Positions 19,948-30,399 of a stretch of DNA of 64,000 nt are shown here, piece after piece. The notes beneath the pieces were generated by a model, which saw only the letters and a list, made by a program, of their open reading frames with translations, did not search any database and had not been told where the DNA came from. This DNA comes from an uncultured Actinomycetes bacterium (lineage in GTDB: Bacteria > Actinomycetota > UBA4738 > HRBIN12). Each line of letters opens with the position of its first letter. Within the stretch, counting starts at the first letter, position 1. The DNA lies in assembly GCA_963786805.1 (NCBI GenBank), contig CAWBAK010000004.1:242043-306042 (forward strand). The letters are read 5' to 3'. The position numbers and the translations under genes are program-made.

Positions 19948-22017
19948 ATGCCGACGGCGGTGTCCATCTCCGATCCCGACGACCTGTGCATCGCGACGAT
20001 CCGCACCCTGTGTATCGACGCCGTCCAACAGGCGAACTCGGGCCACCCCGGAACCCCGATGGCCATGGCGCCGGTCGCCTACACGCTGTGGCAGCGGTTC
20101 CTGCGCTTCGACCCCGACGACCCGATCTGGCCGAACCGAGACCGGTTCGTCCTTTCGATGGGGCACGCATCGACCTTGCTGTACTCGATGCTGCATCTGT
20201 CGAAGGTGAAGGCCGTGAACCCCGCCTACGAGACGCTCGGCGAGCTGTCGGTCAAGCTCGACGACCTGCGGGCGTTCCGCCAGCTGGACTCGAAGGCGCC
20301 GGGGCACCCGGAGTATCGATGGACCTCCGGGATCGAGACCACGACCGGACCGCTCGGGCAGGGAATCGCGACCTCGGTGGGGATGGCCATCGCCTCGCGC
20401 TGGCTGGCCGAGCGATACGACCGCCCCGGCTTCCCGCTGTTCGACTTCGACGTGTACGCGCTCGCCGGAGACGGCTGCATGATGGAAGGCGTCTCGTCCG
20501 AGGCCGCCTCGCTGGCCGGGCATCTGCGCCTGTCCAACCTGTGCTGGATCTACGACAACAACCACATCACGATCGAGGGGAACACCTCGCTCGCGTTCAC
20601 CGAGGACGTCGCGACGAGATTCATCGGCTACGGCTGGAACGTGACCCGCGTCGGCGACGCGAACGATCTCGAGATGCTCACGCGGGCGTTCGACACCTTC
20701 CGCGCCGAACGCGAACGGCCGACGCTCGTGATCGTCGACAGCCACATCGCCTACGGGTCTCCGACCAAGCAGGACACCCACGGTGCGCACGGCGAACCGC
20801 TCGGTGAGGAAGAGGTGCGGCTCACCAAGCGCGCGTACGGATGGCCGGAGCAGGAGACCTTCCTGGTTCCCGAGGGCGTCGACGAGCACTTCGAGAAGGG
20901 CATCCGAAGTCGCGGCAAGCAGCTGCGCGACGCGTGGTTCGAGATGTTCGCCGCGTATGAGGCCCAGCACCCCGACCTGGGCGACGAGATCCGGCGCATG
21001 CAGAGGCGGCAGCTCCCCGACGGATGGGACGGCGCGATCCCGACCTTCGAACCCGACGAGAAGGGACTCGCCGGACGCGACGCGTCCGCCAAGGTGCAAA
21101 ACGCGATCGCAGCGCATGTTCCGTGGCTGATCGGGGGATCGGCCGACCTGTCGCCTTCCACGAAGACGCGACTCACACTCGAGGACGCGGGGGACGTCGG
21201 ACCCGGCGAGCTCGGCGGGCGGAACCTGCACTTCGGGATCCGCGAGCACGCGATGGCCTCGATCCTCAACGGCCTCTCGCTGTCCAAGCTGAGGCCGTTC
21301 GGCTCGGGGTTCCTGATCTTCTCGGACTATGCGCGGGGGGCGATCCGGCTCTCGGCCCTGATGGAGATCCCGGTCATCCATATCTTCACGCACGACTCGA
21401 TCGGGGTGGGCGAGGACGGACCGACGCATCAGCCGGTTGAACAGTTGGCATCGCTCCGGGCGATGCCGGGGCTCATCGTGCTCCGGCCCGGGGACGCGAA
21501 CGAGATCGCGGAGGCCTGGCGCCTGATCATGGAGCTGCAACACGAGCCGGTGGCGCTGATCCTGTCCCGGCAGCCGATGCCGACGCTCGACCGCACGCGC
21601 TACGCCTCGGCCGAAGGCGTCCGCCGTGGCGGCTACGTCCTCGCCGATGCCGACGGCGCTCCCGAGGCCATCCTGATCGCGACCGGAAGCGAGGTGGCCC
21701 TCGCCGTCGGCGCGCACGAGCGCCTGGTCGCCGACGGCGTCCGCGCGCGCGTCGTGAGCATGCCGTCCTGGGAGCTGTTCGAGAGCCAGTCGCAGGAGTA
21801 TCGCGACGAGGTCCTTCCGCCCGAGGTGACGGCCCGCATCGCGATCGAGCAGGCGTCGACGCTCGGGTGGCACCGCTACGTCGGTCTGGACGGCGCGGTG
21901 ATCGGCATGGACACCTTCGGGGCGTCGGCGCCGCTCAAGGCGCTCCAGACGAAGTTCGGCTTCACTCCCGACGCGGTGGTCGCGGCCACCAAGTCGGCCG
22001 TGGAGCGATCCCGCTGA
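19948..22017 (+). CDS. tkt: Transketolase
   Basis: 689 aa, intact. It shows the ThDP motif GDGCMMEGVSSEAASLAGHL and transketolase pyrimidine-binding and C-terminal domains. Confidence 0.95.
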   Translation: MPTAVSISDPDDLCIATIRTLCIDAVQQANSGHPGTPMAMAPVAYTLWQRFLRFDPDDPIWPNRDRFVLSMGHASTLLYSMLHLSKVKAVNPAYETLGELSVKLDDLRAFRQLDSKAPGHPEYRWTSGIETTTGPLGQGIATSVGMAIASRWLAERYDRPGFPLFDFDVYALAGDGCMMEGVSSEAASLAGHLRLSNLCWIYDNNHITIEGNTSLAFTEDVATRFIGYGWNVTRVGDANDLEMLTRAFDTFRAERERPTLVIVDSHIAYGSPTKQDTHGAHGEPLGEEEVRLTKRAYGWPEQETFLVPEGVDEHFEKGIRSRGKQLRDAWFEMFAAYEAQHPDLGDEIRRMQRRQLPDGWDGAIPTFEPDEKGLAGRDASAKVQNAIAAHVPWLIGGSADLSPSTKTRLTLEDAGDVGPGELGGRNLHFGIREHAMASILNGLSLSKLRPFGSGFLIFSDYARGAIRLSALMEIPVIHIFTHDSIGVGEDGPTHQPVEQLASLRAMPGLIVLRPGDANEIAEAWRLIMELQHEPVALILSRQPMPTLDRTRYASAEGVRRGGYVLADADGAPEAILIATGSEVALAVGAHERLVADGVRARVVSMPSWELFESQSQEYRDEVLPPEVTARIAIEQASTLGWHRYVGLDGAVIGMDTFGASAPLKALQTKFGFTPDAVVAATKSAVERSR

Positions 22018-22112
22018 CGTACGCTGGAGACGTGGAACCCGGTTCCCCGCTCCCGGACGAAGATCGCGTCACGAAGTCGCGCGTCGACGTGCTGTCCTCG
22101 TTCGCGCGCAAG

Positions 22113-22862
22113 ATGCGTGGCCGGCGGGTGGTGCCCCACCCGGGCCCGACCGACGACGGGCCGCACAGCGAGCAGCGCATGAGCGGCAAGACCGGCGCCG
22201 TGCGCGCCGCGATCTTCGGAGTCAACGACGGACTGGTATCGAACCTCTCCCTGATCTTCGGGGTCGCCGGGGCCGGCGTCGACAACGAGGTCGTGATCTT
22301 GGCGGGTGTGGCCGGCCTGCTCGCCGGCGCGTTCTCGATGGCCGCCGGCGAGTACATCTCGGTGCGCGTGCAGCGCGAGGTGTTCGAGCGGCTGATCCAC
22401 CTGGAGGCGCACGAGATCGGCACGGAGCCCGAGGAGGAACGGGCCGAGCTGGCGGAGCTCTACGTTCGCAAGGGACTCTCCCGCGAGCTGGCCGACCGTC
22501 TCTCGGAGGAGATCATGAAGGATCCCGCGCTCGCGCTCGACACGCACGCGCGCGAGGAGCTCGGGCTGGATCCGGAGGAAGGTCTCGGCTCGCCGGAAGC
22601 CGCCGCCGGGGCGTCGTTCGTCATGTTCTCGATCGGCGCGTTCGTCCCCCTCGTCCCGTTCTTGTTCGGATCGGGCTCGGGGGCCGTCGCGGTCTCCGCG
22701 GGGCTCTCGGGCGCGTCGCTGTTCGGGGTCGGCGCGGCGATGACCTACCTGACGGGTCGCAGCCCGCTGCTCTCGGGTACGCGCATGCTGCTGATCGGAG
22801 CGGGGGCGGCGGCGATCACGTATCTGGTCGGGACGCTCCTCAATGCAAGCGTCGGCATCTAG
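22113..22862 (+). CDS. VIT1/CCC1 family (vacuolar iron transporter-like) membrane protein
   Basis: ...AAIFGVNDGLVSNLSLIFGVAGAG... and C-terminal TM helices. The start is chosen at MRGRRVV. Upstream track ORF sequence overlaps the tkt 3' end. Confidence 0.75.
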   Translation: MRGRRVVPHPGPTDDGPHSEQRMSGKTGAVRAAIFGVNDGLVSNLSLIFGVAGAGVDNEVVILAGVAGLLAGAFSMAAGEYISVRVQREVFERLIHLEAHEIGTEPEEERAELAELYVRKGLSRELADRLSEEIMKDPALALDTHAREELGLDPEEGLGSPEAAAGASFVMFSIGAFVPLVPFLFGSGSGAVAVSAGLSGASLFGVGAAMTYLTGRSPLLSGTRMLLIGAGAAAITYLVGTLLNASVGI

Positions 22863-22875
22863 GCGGGTTCGAGCC

Positions 22876-23554
22876 TCACTCGAGCGCCGACGCAGCCGCA
22901 CGATCGGCGACGACGAGCTGACGTTCCGCTCGGACCCGGCCGGCCGGGATCGAGCGATCCGCGGCAAGGAGCAGCGGCACGACGGCCGCCTTGTCCTCGC
23001 CGGTGACGAGCCACAACACGAACGGCTGCCGGTCGAGCAGCGGGAAGGTGAACGTCATGCGCCGCCGTCCTCGATAGTCGCCGGTCACGGCGACCTCGCG
23101 ATCCACCACGTCCAGCACGGGATCCCCGGGGACGAGCGACGCCGTGTGTCCGTCGTCGCCGAGCCCGAGGTGCACCAGATCGAACCGCTCGGGGAGCGAC
23201 GCCGCGTAGCGGTCGGCCGCCGCTTCCAAGTCGTCGTCGGTGACGGGCATCGGCCGGACCACGCTCCGCGCATCCGGCGGGAGGCTCGCGAGGAGGCCCG
23301 TCAGGTTCCGGTCGGGATGGCCGTCGGGCGCCACCCGCTCGTCGACCTGCCAGATCCCCGTCTGCTTCCACGGCACGTCGCGGGTCGCGAGATCGGCGAA
23401 CATCAGGGACGGACTGCGGCCACCGCTCACCGCCAGTCGCGAACGCGCCGCGCTCCTCGAGCGCCGACCGTGCGGTCTCGGCGACGACCTCCGCCGCGCG
23501 ACGAGCCGCGGCCTCGGCGTCGGGCACCACCTCGAGCTCGTAGGGACCGGCCAT
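22876..23554 (-). pseudogene. pgl: 6-phosphogluconolactonase, frameshifted near 23437
   Basis: The N-terminal frame reads MAGPYELEVVPDAEAAARRAAEVVAETARSALEERGAFA. The downstream frame reads (L)AVSGGRSPSLMF...VHLGLGDDGHTASLVPGDPVL..., the classic 6PGL motif. Removing an a in ttcgcgActggc rejoins them. Confidence 0.75.
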
Positions 23555-24033
23555 CACGCCTCGGCCGGCTCGCTCCCGGCTCCGATCACCTCCTCGAGCG
23601 CCCCCCAGAGCGACTCGTAGCGCCGGTCGCCGAGCTCGCGACGGGCTCGCGCTTCGACGGCCGCCACGGCGCGCCGGGCCTCGGCGACGTACCGGCGTCC
23701 CCGAGCCGTGAGCCGGACGACCTTGGCACGCGAGTCCTCGGGATCGGGGACGCGGCGGACGTACCCGCGGGTCTCCAGGTCGTCGACGAGCAGCATCATC
23801 CCCTGCTTCGTCATCCGGGCGCGCCGGGCGAGGTCCGTGAGCCGGGTCCCCCAACGCCGGTCGATGTGCATGAAGACCGCCGCGTGGCCCGCTCGCGCGT
23901 CGGGGAACCCGCGCTCGTCGAGGCTCGCGACGACCTCCGCGCCGAGCGTCCGCGATGCTTCGAGCAGGAGACGAGGCAGGTCCGGCTTCCCCACGACATC
24001 CATCGTCGCCTCGACGAGGACCTCCGTCAACAT
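23554..24033 (-). CDS. MarR family transcriptional regulator
   Basis: 159 aa with a winged HTH ...LTDLARRARMTKQGMMLLVDDLETRGYVRRVPDPEDSRAKVVRLTARG.... Its stop overlaps the pgl start (ATGA). Confidence 0.8.
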   Translation of the reverse strand: MLTEVLVEATMDVVGKPDLPRLLLEASRTLGAEVVASLDERGFPDARAGHAAVFMHIDRRWGTRLTDLARRARMTKQGMMLLVDDLETRGYVRRVPDPEDSRAKVVRLTARGRRYVAEARRAVAAVEARARRELGDRRYESLWGALEEVIGAGSEPAEA

Positions 24034-24066
24034 GATTGACCTCTCCGGGGACGGTACGCTCGGTCG

Positions 24067-24564
24067 ATGGACGTTCGCGAGATCCGGCCCGACGAGTACG
24101 AGGAAGCGGGGCGCGTCACGGCGCTCGCCTACCGTGAGTTCGTGCTGCCTGGGGAGGCCTCGTGGGAGGAGTACCTCGAGCACATCGCCGACGTGCGAGA
24201 CCGGGCCGGTCGATCGCTGGTCCTGGTCGCGGTCGAGGATGAACGCGTCCTCGGAAGCGCAACCCTGGAGCTCGGCGAGCGGATCGATGACGAGGACCCG
24301 CCGCTCGCGCCCGACGAGGCGCACATCCGCATGCTCGGCGTGGACCCCGATGCGCGCGGGCGCGGGGTGGCGAGCGCACTGATCGACGGCTGCTTCGATC
24401 GAGCGCGGCGGGCTGGGCGGTCGCGCATGACGCTCCACACCACGGAGCGCATGCCGATCGCGCGGCGCATGTACGAACGGATGGGCTTCCGACGGCTCGA
24501 AGACCGGGTCTTCCCCGACGGGTTCGTCCTGCTGACGTTCGAGAAGGCGATCCCGCCCGGCTGA
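24067..24564 (+). CDS. GNAT family N-acetyltransferase
   Basis: 165 aa: ...IRMLGVDPDARGRGVASALIDGCFDRARRAG.... It is divergent from marR. Confidence 0.85.
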   Translation: MDVREIRPDEYEEAGRVTALAYREFVLPGEASWEEYLEHIADVRDRAGRSLVLVAVEDERVLGSATLELGERIDDEDPPLAPDEAHIRMLGVDPDARGRGVASALIDGCFDRARRAGRSRMTLHTTERMPIARRMYERMGFRRLEDRVFPDGFVLLTFEKAIPPG

Positions 24565-24571
24565 GCCTCGA

Positions 24572-26540
24572 TCAGCCGCTTGCCGTGCGGACGATCTCAC
24601 CGCTCGCCAGGATGACGCCGTCTTCGCACTCGGCCTGGATCAGGCCGCTGCGGAACTGCTGCTCGTAGAGCCGGGCATACAGCCCGCCGCGCTCGAGCAG
24701 CTCCGCGTGGGTGCCGCGCTCGACGATCCGGCCGCGGTCCACCACGAAGATCACGTCGGCACTCAGGATCGTCGAGAGCCGGTGCGCGATCGCGATCGTC
24801 GTGCGCCCCTTCATCAGCGGCTCGAGCGCCGCCTGCACGAGCCGCTCCGACGTCGTGTCGAGCGAGGAGGTCGCCTCGTCCAGGATCAGGATGCGCGGAT
24901 CCTTGAGCAGGACCCGCGCGATGGCGAGGCGCTGCTTCTCCCCGCCGGAGAGTTTGTAGCCCCGTTCCCCGACGACCGTGTCGTACCCCTCGGGGAGCTC
25001 CGCGATCCGGTCGTGGATGTTGGCCGCGCGGGCGGCCGCCTCGAGCTCCTCTTGCGAGGCGTCCGGCTTCCCGTACAACAGGTTCCGACGGATCGTCGTG
25101 TGGAACAGGTAGGTCTCCTGCGTGACGACGCCGATCGCATCGCCGATCGACTCCAGCGCCATCTTGCGCACGTCGAGCCCGTCGATCTCGATCGCCCCTT
25201 CCTGCACGTCGTACAGGCGTGGGACCAGGTACGTGATCGTCGTCTTGCCGGCCCCGGACGGGCCGACGAGGGCCGCCAGCTGCCCCGGCCGGATCTCGCA
25301 GCGAGACGTTCTCGAGCGTCCATTCGCGCGGCACGACGTCCTGGGCGGCGAGGTCGGGCGGCGAGACCGGCGTCGCGCTCTCCTCCGGCGGCGAGTCGTA
25401 CCGGAACCAGACGTCTCGGAACGCCACGCTGCCGCGGACCTCCGTCGGTGCGACGTGCACGGCGTCGGGGGCGTCCCGGATCTCCTGCGGCAGGTCCAGG
25501 TACTCGAAGATCCGGTCGAAGAGTGCGAGCGAGGAATGCACCTCGGTCGAGACCTGCAGCATCGACCCGATCGGGAAGAACAGCCGGGATTGCAAGGTGG
25601 TGAACGCGACGATGTCGCCCGCGGTGAGCGAGCCTCCTCCGTCGCTCAGGACCCAGCCCGCCACCAGGTACACGAGCGCCGGCGTGATCGAGAAGAACGT
25701 CCCGACGACCGCGAAGAACGAGCGGCCGATCATCGTCTGGCGGATCTGGAGTCCGGTCAGGCGTTGGTTCTCGTCCTGGAACCGGTCCACCTCGTACCGC
25801 TGGCGGCCGAATGCCTTCGACAGCAGGATCCCCGAGACCGAGAGCGTTTCCTCGGTGACCGCCGTCAGGTCCGCGAGCGTCCTCGCGGTGCTGGTCGCGA
25901 CCTCGCGCCTCGCGCGGCCGACCTTCACGGTCAGCCACAGGAAGAACGGCATCAGCGCGAGCGAGAGCGCCGTGAGCTGCCACGACAGGATCGTCATCGC
26001 GATCAACGTGCTCGCGATCACGACGACGCTCGACAGGATGTTGGACGTCGTGTCCGTGACGACGCTCTGCACCCCGCCGACGTCGTTCGCCAGGCGCGAC
26101 TGGATCTCGCCGGTCCGGGTGGTGGTGAAGAACCGGAGCGGCATGGACTGCAGGTGCGAGTAGAGCCGGCTCCGCAGGTCCTGCATCACCCGGAGACCGA
26201 CCAGGTTCGCGAGGTAGGTCTGGCCGATCCCGATGATCCCGGTCACGATCGGGATCGCGACCATCAGCCCGACGTACCGGTACAGGAGGTCCAGGTCCGG
26301 ACACGAGACTCCCCCGCACGTGCCCGGCGGGTTCCCGAACAGCGCGTTGTCGAACACCGCCTTGATGAGCAGCGGGTTCACGACGCCGAGACCGGAGGTG
26401 ATCACGATCGCGAGGCCGACGAGCGCGACCTTCCCGCGGTAGGGACGGAACGTGGCGATCACGCGCCGCACCGTGTGCTTGCCGATGGGGCGATCGTCCT
26501 GCTCGTGGGGGACGCGGAACATCCGGCCGTGGCCTCGCAT
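24572..26540 (-). pseudogene. Fused ABC exporter (MsbA-like TMD plus NBD), frameshifted near 25298
   Basis: The 6-TM exporter domain is followed by ...[15 protein letters not shown]...WTLENVSL and a shift. The next frame carries [40 protein letters not shown]...[16 protein letters not shown]...[12 protein letters not shown]. Removing c in ctgCgagatc restores the frame. Confidence 0.8.
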
Positions 26541-26595
26541 GCCTCAAGGATAAGGGCCGCACGCGCATGCGATATTCCCGGACTAGGCTGTCCGC

Positions 26596-27081
26596 GTGGA
26601 CGCGTCGCTGCAGCTCGCGTTGCTCGGCCGCGCGTCGCTCGCCGCGTTGCTCGGCTTCGCGATCGGGCTCGAGCGCGAGTTCCGAGGCAAGTCGGCGGGC
26701 GACCGGACCTTCGCGCTCCTCGCGTTCGCGGCCGCGGCCGTGACCGGGATCGGGGCCGAGGTGCTCGGTCCCGACGGCGCGAGCCGCGTGATCCAGGGCG
26801 TCGTCACCGGCGTCGGGTTCCTCGGCGCCGGCCTGATCTTCCGGAGGGCGCCCGGCGACGTTCGCGGGCTCACGACGGCCGCGAGCTCATGGGCGGCGAC
26901 GGCGATCGGCGTGGTGGTCGGCATGGGCGCGTACGTGGTCGCGACGTTCGGCGCCGCCCTGGTCCTCGTCATCCTCGAGCTCGACCGGATCCCGGTGCTC
27001 CGGAAGATCCGCGCGCAGGCCGAGGCCGCGGGCCCGACGCAACACTCCCAGGAGATGGATCCGCCTACCCAGGACCCCTGA
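26596..27081 (+). CDS. MgtC/SapB family membrane protein
   Basis: 161 aa with the MgtC signature ...GFAIGLEREFRGKSAG... and 4-5 TM helices. Confidence 0.8.
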   Translation: MDASLQLALLGRASLAALLGFAIGLEREFRGKSAGDRTFALLAFAAAAVTGIGAEVLGPDGASRVIQGVVTGVGFLGAGLIFRRAPGDVRGLTTAASSWAATAIGVVVGMGAYVVATFGAALVLVILELDRIPVLRKIRAQAEAAGPTQHSQEMDPPTQDP

Positions 27082-27760
27082 GCCCGGCGAGCTCGACGGC
27101 GCGCTCGAACACCGCATCGAGCATCTCGGGAGTGAGCGTGCCCGTGAAGGTGTTGCGCTGGCTCGGGTGGTACGACCCGAGGAGCGTGAACGGACCGACC
27201 TCGACCTCCGCCCCGTGCGAGAACGCCGGTTTCGGGCGGCGCCGGTGGCCGAGGGTCGCGAGCGCGCGGAGGCCGCCGTTCCACGCGTACGCGCCGAGCG
27301 CGACGATCACGCGCAACTCGCGGAGCGCGGCGATCTCGCGTCCGAGGAACGGCAGACAGGTGTCGCGCTCCACGGTCGTCGGCTTGTTCTCCGGGGGCGC
27401 GCAGCGGTTCACCGCGCCGATGTACGTCGAGAGCAGACGCAGGCCGTCGTCGCGACCGGTCGACGTCGCTTGGTTCGACAGGCCCGTCCGGTGCAGGGAC
27501 GGGTACAGGAACGCCCCCGAGGGATCCCCCGTGAAGGTCCGTCCGGTCCGATTCCCGCCGTGCGCCGCGGGGGCGAGGCCGATGACGAGGATCCGCGCGT
27601 CGGGGTCGCCGAAACCGGGCACCGGACGGCCCCAGTACTCCTCGTCGGCGTAGCGCGCGACCTTCTCGCGAGCCACGTGCTCGCGCCACTCGACCAGGCG
27701 CGGACATGCGCGGCACACGACGATGTCGGCGCGGACGAGCTCGAGCTCCCGTTGAGCCAC
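27065..27760 (-). CDS. Uracil-DNA glycosylase, family 4 (Fe-S type)
   Basis: 231 aa with the N-terminal Cys cluster CRACPRL and the active-site motif ...GLAPAAHGGNRTGRTFTGD... and ...YHPS.... Confidence 0.85.
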   Translation of the reverse strand: MAQRELELVRADIVVCRACPRLVEWREHVAREKVARYADEEYWGRPVPGFGDPDARILVIGLAPAAHGGNRTGRTFTGDPSGAFLYPSLHRTGLSNQATSTGRDDGLRLLSTYIGAVNRCAPPENKPTTVERDTCLPFLGREIAALRELRVIVALGAYAWNGGLRALATLGHRRRPKPAFSHGAEVEVGPFTLLGSYHPSQRNTFTGTLTPEMLDAVFERAVELAGLRGPG

Positions 27761-27769
27761 CGATCGATG

Positions 27770-28207
27770 CTACGGCCGTGGCGGCGCTGCGCTCCGCGAG
27801 CGACGTCCGCGCCGAAGCTCGCGGAAGCGTTCGGTCACCTCGTCGAAGGCCTCGAGCGGAGCCATCAGGTCGCCGACGAGCCCGATCAGTCCCTCGAAAC
27901 TCCCCGGATGGGTCGCTGCGAGGCGCACCCGCTGCGCGCGCTCGATCGCATCGTCGAGGCCCCGGCTCGCCCGGGTCCAGACGTCCTGCAGCTCCGGGGC
28001 TCGCCAGGACTCCATCTCCGCCCGGACCTCGCTCAGGCCCTCCTCGAACTCGAGCAGCGTCTCGGCCAGCGGCCGCCCCGGGAGACGCGTGCCGGGCACC
28101 GAGGAAAGGAGCGCCGACTTTGCGCGCTCGAGCCCGGGGAGCCACTCCTCGAAGGCGGCGCGGCTGGCCTCGAGGTGCGCGGGAAGTCCTCGCCGCCGGA
28201 AGACCAT
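27770..28207 (-). CDS. Hypothetical protein
   Basis: 145-aa ORF with non-biased composition (helical, E/L-rich). No family recognised. Confidence 0.45.
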   Translation of the reverse strand: MVFRRRGLPAHLEASRAAFEEWLPGLERAKSALLSSVPGTRLPGRPLAETLLEFEEGLSEVRAEMESWRAPELQDVWTRASRGLDDAIERAQRVRLAATHPGSFEGLIGLVGDLMAPLEAFDEVTERFRELRRGRRSRSAAPPRP

Positions 28208-28212
28208 CGCCC

Positions 28213-28986
28213 TCAGGCGCGGCCGAGCGCGGCGAGCGCCATCGCGGGGTCGTTGGACGCGATCGCGTCGACCCCCCGGTCGACGAGCGTTCGGACCAAG
28301 TCCGGGTCGTCGACGGTCCAGGTTCCGACGAGCGATCCCGCCGCATGCGCCTCTTCGACGAACGCGTCCCCGGCCGCGAGCAGAGAGGTCACGCCCGGCA
28401 GCACCATCTCGTGTCCCTCCTGCCGAGCGTGCGCGAGCGCGTCTCGCGGCGGCACGAGCTCCGTCGTCAGGAAGCCGGTGGGCACGCGGGGAGCGATCGA
28501 CCTCGACGCCCCGATCGAACGCGGGTTGAACGAGATCAGAAGGACCGGTCCGTCGAAGCCGCGGCGCTCGATCTCTGCGTGCGTCACCTCAACGAGCGTC
28601 TCCCCGTCGGCCTGGAAGCCCGGCTCGCCCGGGATGTTCTTGATCTCGATCGCCAGCGCCGCCCGCCCGCTCAACAGGTCGAGCACGTCGCCGAACGTCG
28701 GGACAGGTTCGGGCGCATCGGATGACCCGGCGTTCAGCGCCACGAGCTCGGCCGAGGTCATCTCGTGGACGGCGCCGGTCCCGTCGGTCGTTCGCTCCAC
28801 CGTGGAGTCGTGCATCACGACGACGACGCCGTCGAGTGACAGACGAACATCGAACTCGACGATGGGGGCGCCGAGCCGCACCGCCTCCTCGAAGGACGAC
28901 AAGGTGTTCTCCGGCATCGTCGAGGACGCGCCACGGTGCGCGACGATGGCGGGGAAGGCGTCGCGAGGGAAACCGTGATCTCGCAC
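28213..28986 (-). CDS. Glycerophosphodiester phosphodiesterase (GDPD/UgpQ family)
   Basis: ...AIVAHRGASSTMPENTLSSFEEAVRLGAPIVEFDVRLSLDGVVVVMHD... shows the GDPD catalytic His/Glu/Asp pattern. A GTG start at 28986 sits 8 nt downstream of the nth stop. Confidence 0.8.
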   Translation of the reverse strand: MRDHGFPRDAFPAIVAHRGASSTMPENTLSSFEEAVRLGAPIVEFDVRLSLDGVVVVMHDSTVERTTDGTGAVHEMTSAELVALNAGSSDAPEPVPTFGDVLDLLSGRAALAIEIKNIPGEPGFQADGETLVEVTHAEIERRGFDGPVLLISFNPRSIGASRSIAPRVPTGFLTTELVPPRDALAHARQEGHEMVLPGVTSLLAAGDAFVEEAHAAGSLVGTWTVDDPDLVRTLVDRGVDAIASNDPAMALAALGRA

Positions 28987-28994
28987 CCGACTCG

Positions 28995-29654
28995 TCAGAC
29001 GAGGCTCGACGGACAGAGGTTGTTCACCGGGCAGATCTCGCACTTGGGCCGCCGAGCGACGCAGACCTTGCGTCCGTGGTCGATCAGTACGTACGTGAAG
29101 TCGAACCATCGTTCCTTCGGGATACGCTGCATCAGGTCCTGCTCGATCTTGTCCGGGTCCGACTGCTGCGTGAAACCCAGCCGATCCGAGACGCGTTTCA
29201 CGTGCGTGTCGACGGCGATCCCGACGACGGTGCCGTACGCGTTCCCGAGGACGATGTTCGCCGTCTTGCGGGCGACACCGCGCAGGGTGACGAGGTCCTC
29301 CATCGTGTCGGGGACCCTGCCGTCGTAGACCTCGACGATCCGGCGGCAGGCCTCCCGGATCGAGGTCGCCTTCTGGTTGAAGAATCCCGTCGGCTTGATG
29401 TCGAGCTTCAGTTCGTCTTCGGGGACCCGCAGGTAGTCCTCGCAGGTCCGGTACTTGGCGAACAGGGTCTCCGTCACCTCGTTCACCTTCTCGTCGGTGC
29501 ACTGCGCCGAAAGGATCGTGGCGACGAGCATCTCGAGCGGGTTCGAGAACCGCAGGGCCACCTTCGCGTCCGGGTAGGTCTCCGAGAGGATGCGGATGAT
29601 CTCGGGAGCCCGTTGCTCGATCGGATCGTCCCGCGTCAGGCGCCGCTTCCCCAC
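28995..29654 (-). CDS. nth: Endonuclease III
   Basis: 219 aa with a HhH-GPD motif ...LVTLRGVARKTANIVLGNAYG...VDTHVKRV and the 4Fe-4S cluster C-x6-C-x2-C-x5-C (CVARRPKCEICPVNNLC). Confidence 0.9.
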   Translation of the reverse strand: MGKRRLTRDDPIEQRAPEIIRILSETYPDAKVALRFSNPLEMLVATILSAQCTDEKVNEVTETLFAKYRTCEDYLRVPEDELKLDIKPTGFFNQKATSIREACRRIVEVYDGRVPDTMEDLVTLRGVARKTANIVLGNAYGTVVGIAVDTHVKRVSDRLGFTQQSDPDKIEQDLMQRIPKERWFDFTYVLIDHGRKVCVARRPKCEICPVNNLCPSSLV

Positions 29655-29664
29655 CCTCCGCTCC

Positions 29665-30399
29665 TCACTCCGCGAACGGCAAGACGAGGTCGAACGCGTC
29701 GCCGTCGCGGTAGACGTCCCAGATACCGTCTCGCAGAACGTGGATGGCTTGCCGGCCCATCACTCGCCACGCACTGCCGTCACCCACGATCGCGGTGTCC
29801 TCGTCCAGCCCGAGGAACGTCTGTCCGGGCGCGACCGATCCAACGATGAACGCACTCGCGCCCGGCACCCAGGTGTCGACGATGTCCCAGTGGGGGCCGA
29901 ACACCGTGTTCCGCACGAACCCCATGCCGGGTGCCCAGATGGCATCCATGTCGGCGGCGTCGCTGTCGAACGTCGTCTCGGTCAGGTACGCGATCCCCGC
30001 GCTGCAACCGGCGTACGGCAGCCCGTCGCGCATCGCCGCCGTGAGCGCACCCCAGAACGGCGTGTCGCGAACGATCTCGGCGAGTCGCGCGGGGTTCCCG
30101 CCCGAGAAGAAGATCAGCGCGGCGTCGTCCAGTTTGGCAACGACCTCGTCGCGGTGGGCGTCCGCGCGCGTCTTGAGCGAGAGCACCTCCGCCGGGACGC
30201 CGAGCGCCGAGTAGTGCTCGAGCCCCTTGGCTCCCCACGCGGCGAAGGACGCATCCCCCTCGTGCGCTGCCGCGGTGGGAACGACCAGGGCGAGCCCTTC
30301 GGGGCTCCGGGAGCGCTCGAGGAGCCACCGCTCGACCGGCTCGGACCAGGGGTCGAACTCCCCCGATCCCAGGAGGGCCAACACCAGCGGTTCGGTCAC
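29665..30399 (-). CDS. Peptidase S51 family (dipeptidase E/cyanophycinase-like, type 1 glutamine amidotransferase-like fold)
   Basis: ...ALIFFSGGNPARLAEI...AGCSAGIAYLTE.... A GTG start at 30399 overlaps the upstream stop (GTGA). Confidence 0.65.
   Translation of the reverse strand: MTEPLVLALLGSGEFDPWSEPVERWLLERSRSPEGLALVVPTAAAHEGDASFAAWGAKGLEHYSALGVPAEVLSLKTRADAHRDEVVAKLDDAALIFFSGGNPARLAEIVRDTPFWGALTAAMRDGLPYAGCSAGIAYLTETTFDSDAADMDAIWAPGMGFVRNTVFGPHWDIVDTWVPGASAFIVGSVAPGQTFLGLDEDTAIVGDGSAWRVMGRQAIHVLRDGIWDVYRDGDAFDLVLPFAE

Noticed and set aside
19393-21873. 826-aa ORF on the minus strand
   Set aside because: It is entirely antisense to transketolase and has an Arg/Gly/Asp-rich low-complexity translation. 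It is a typical open antisense frame in 70% GC DNA.
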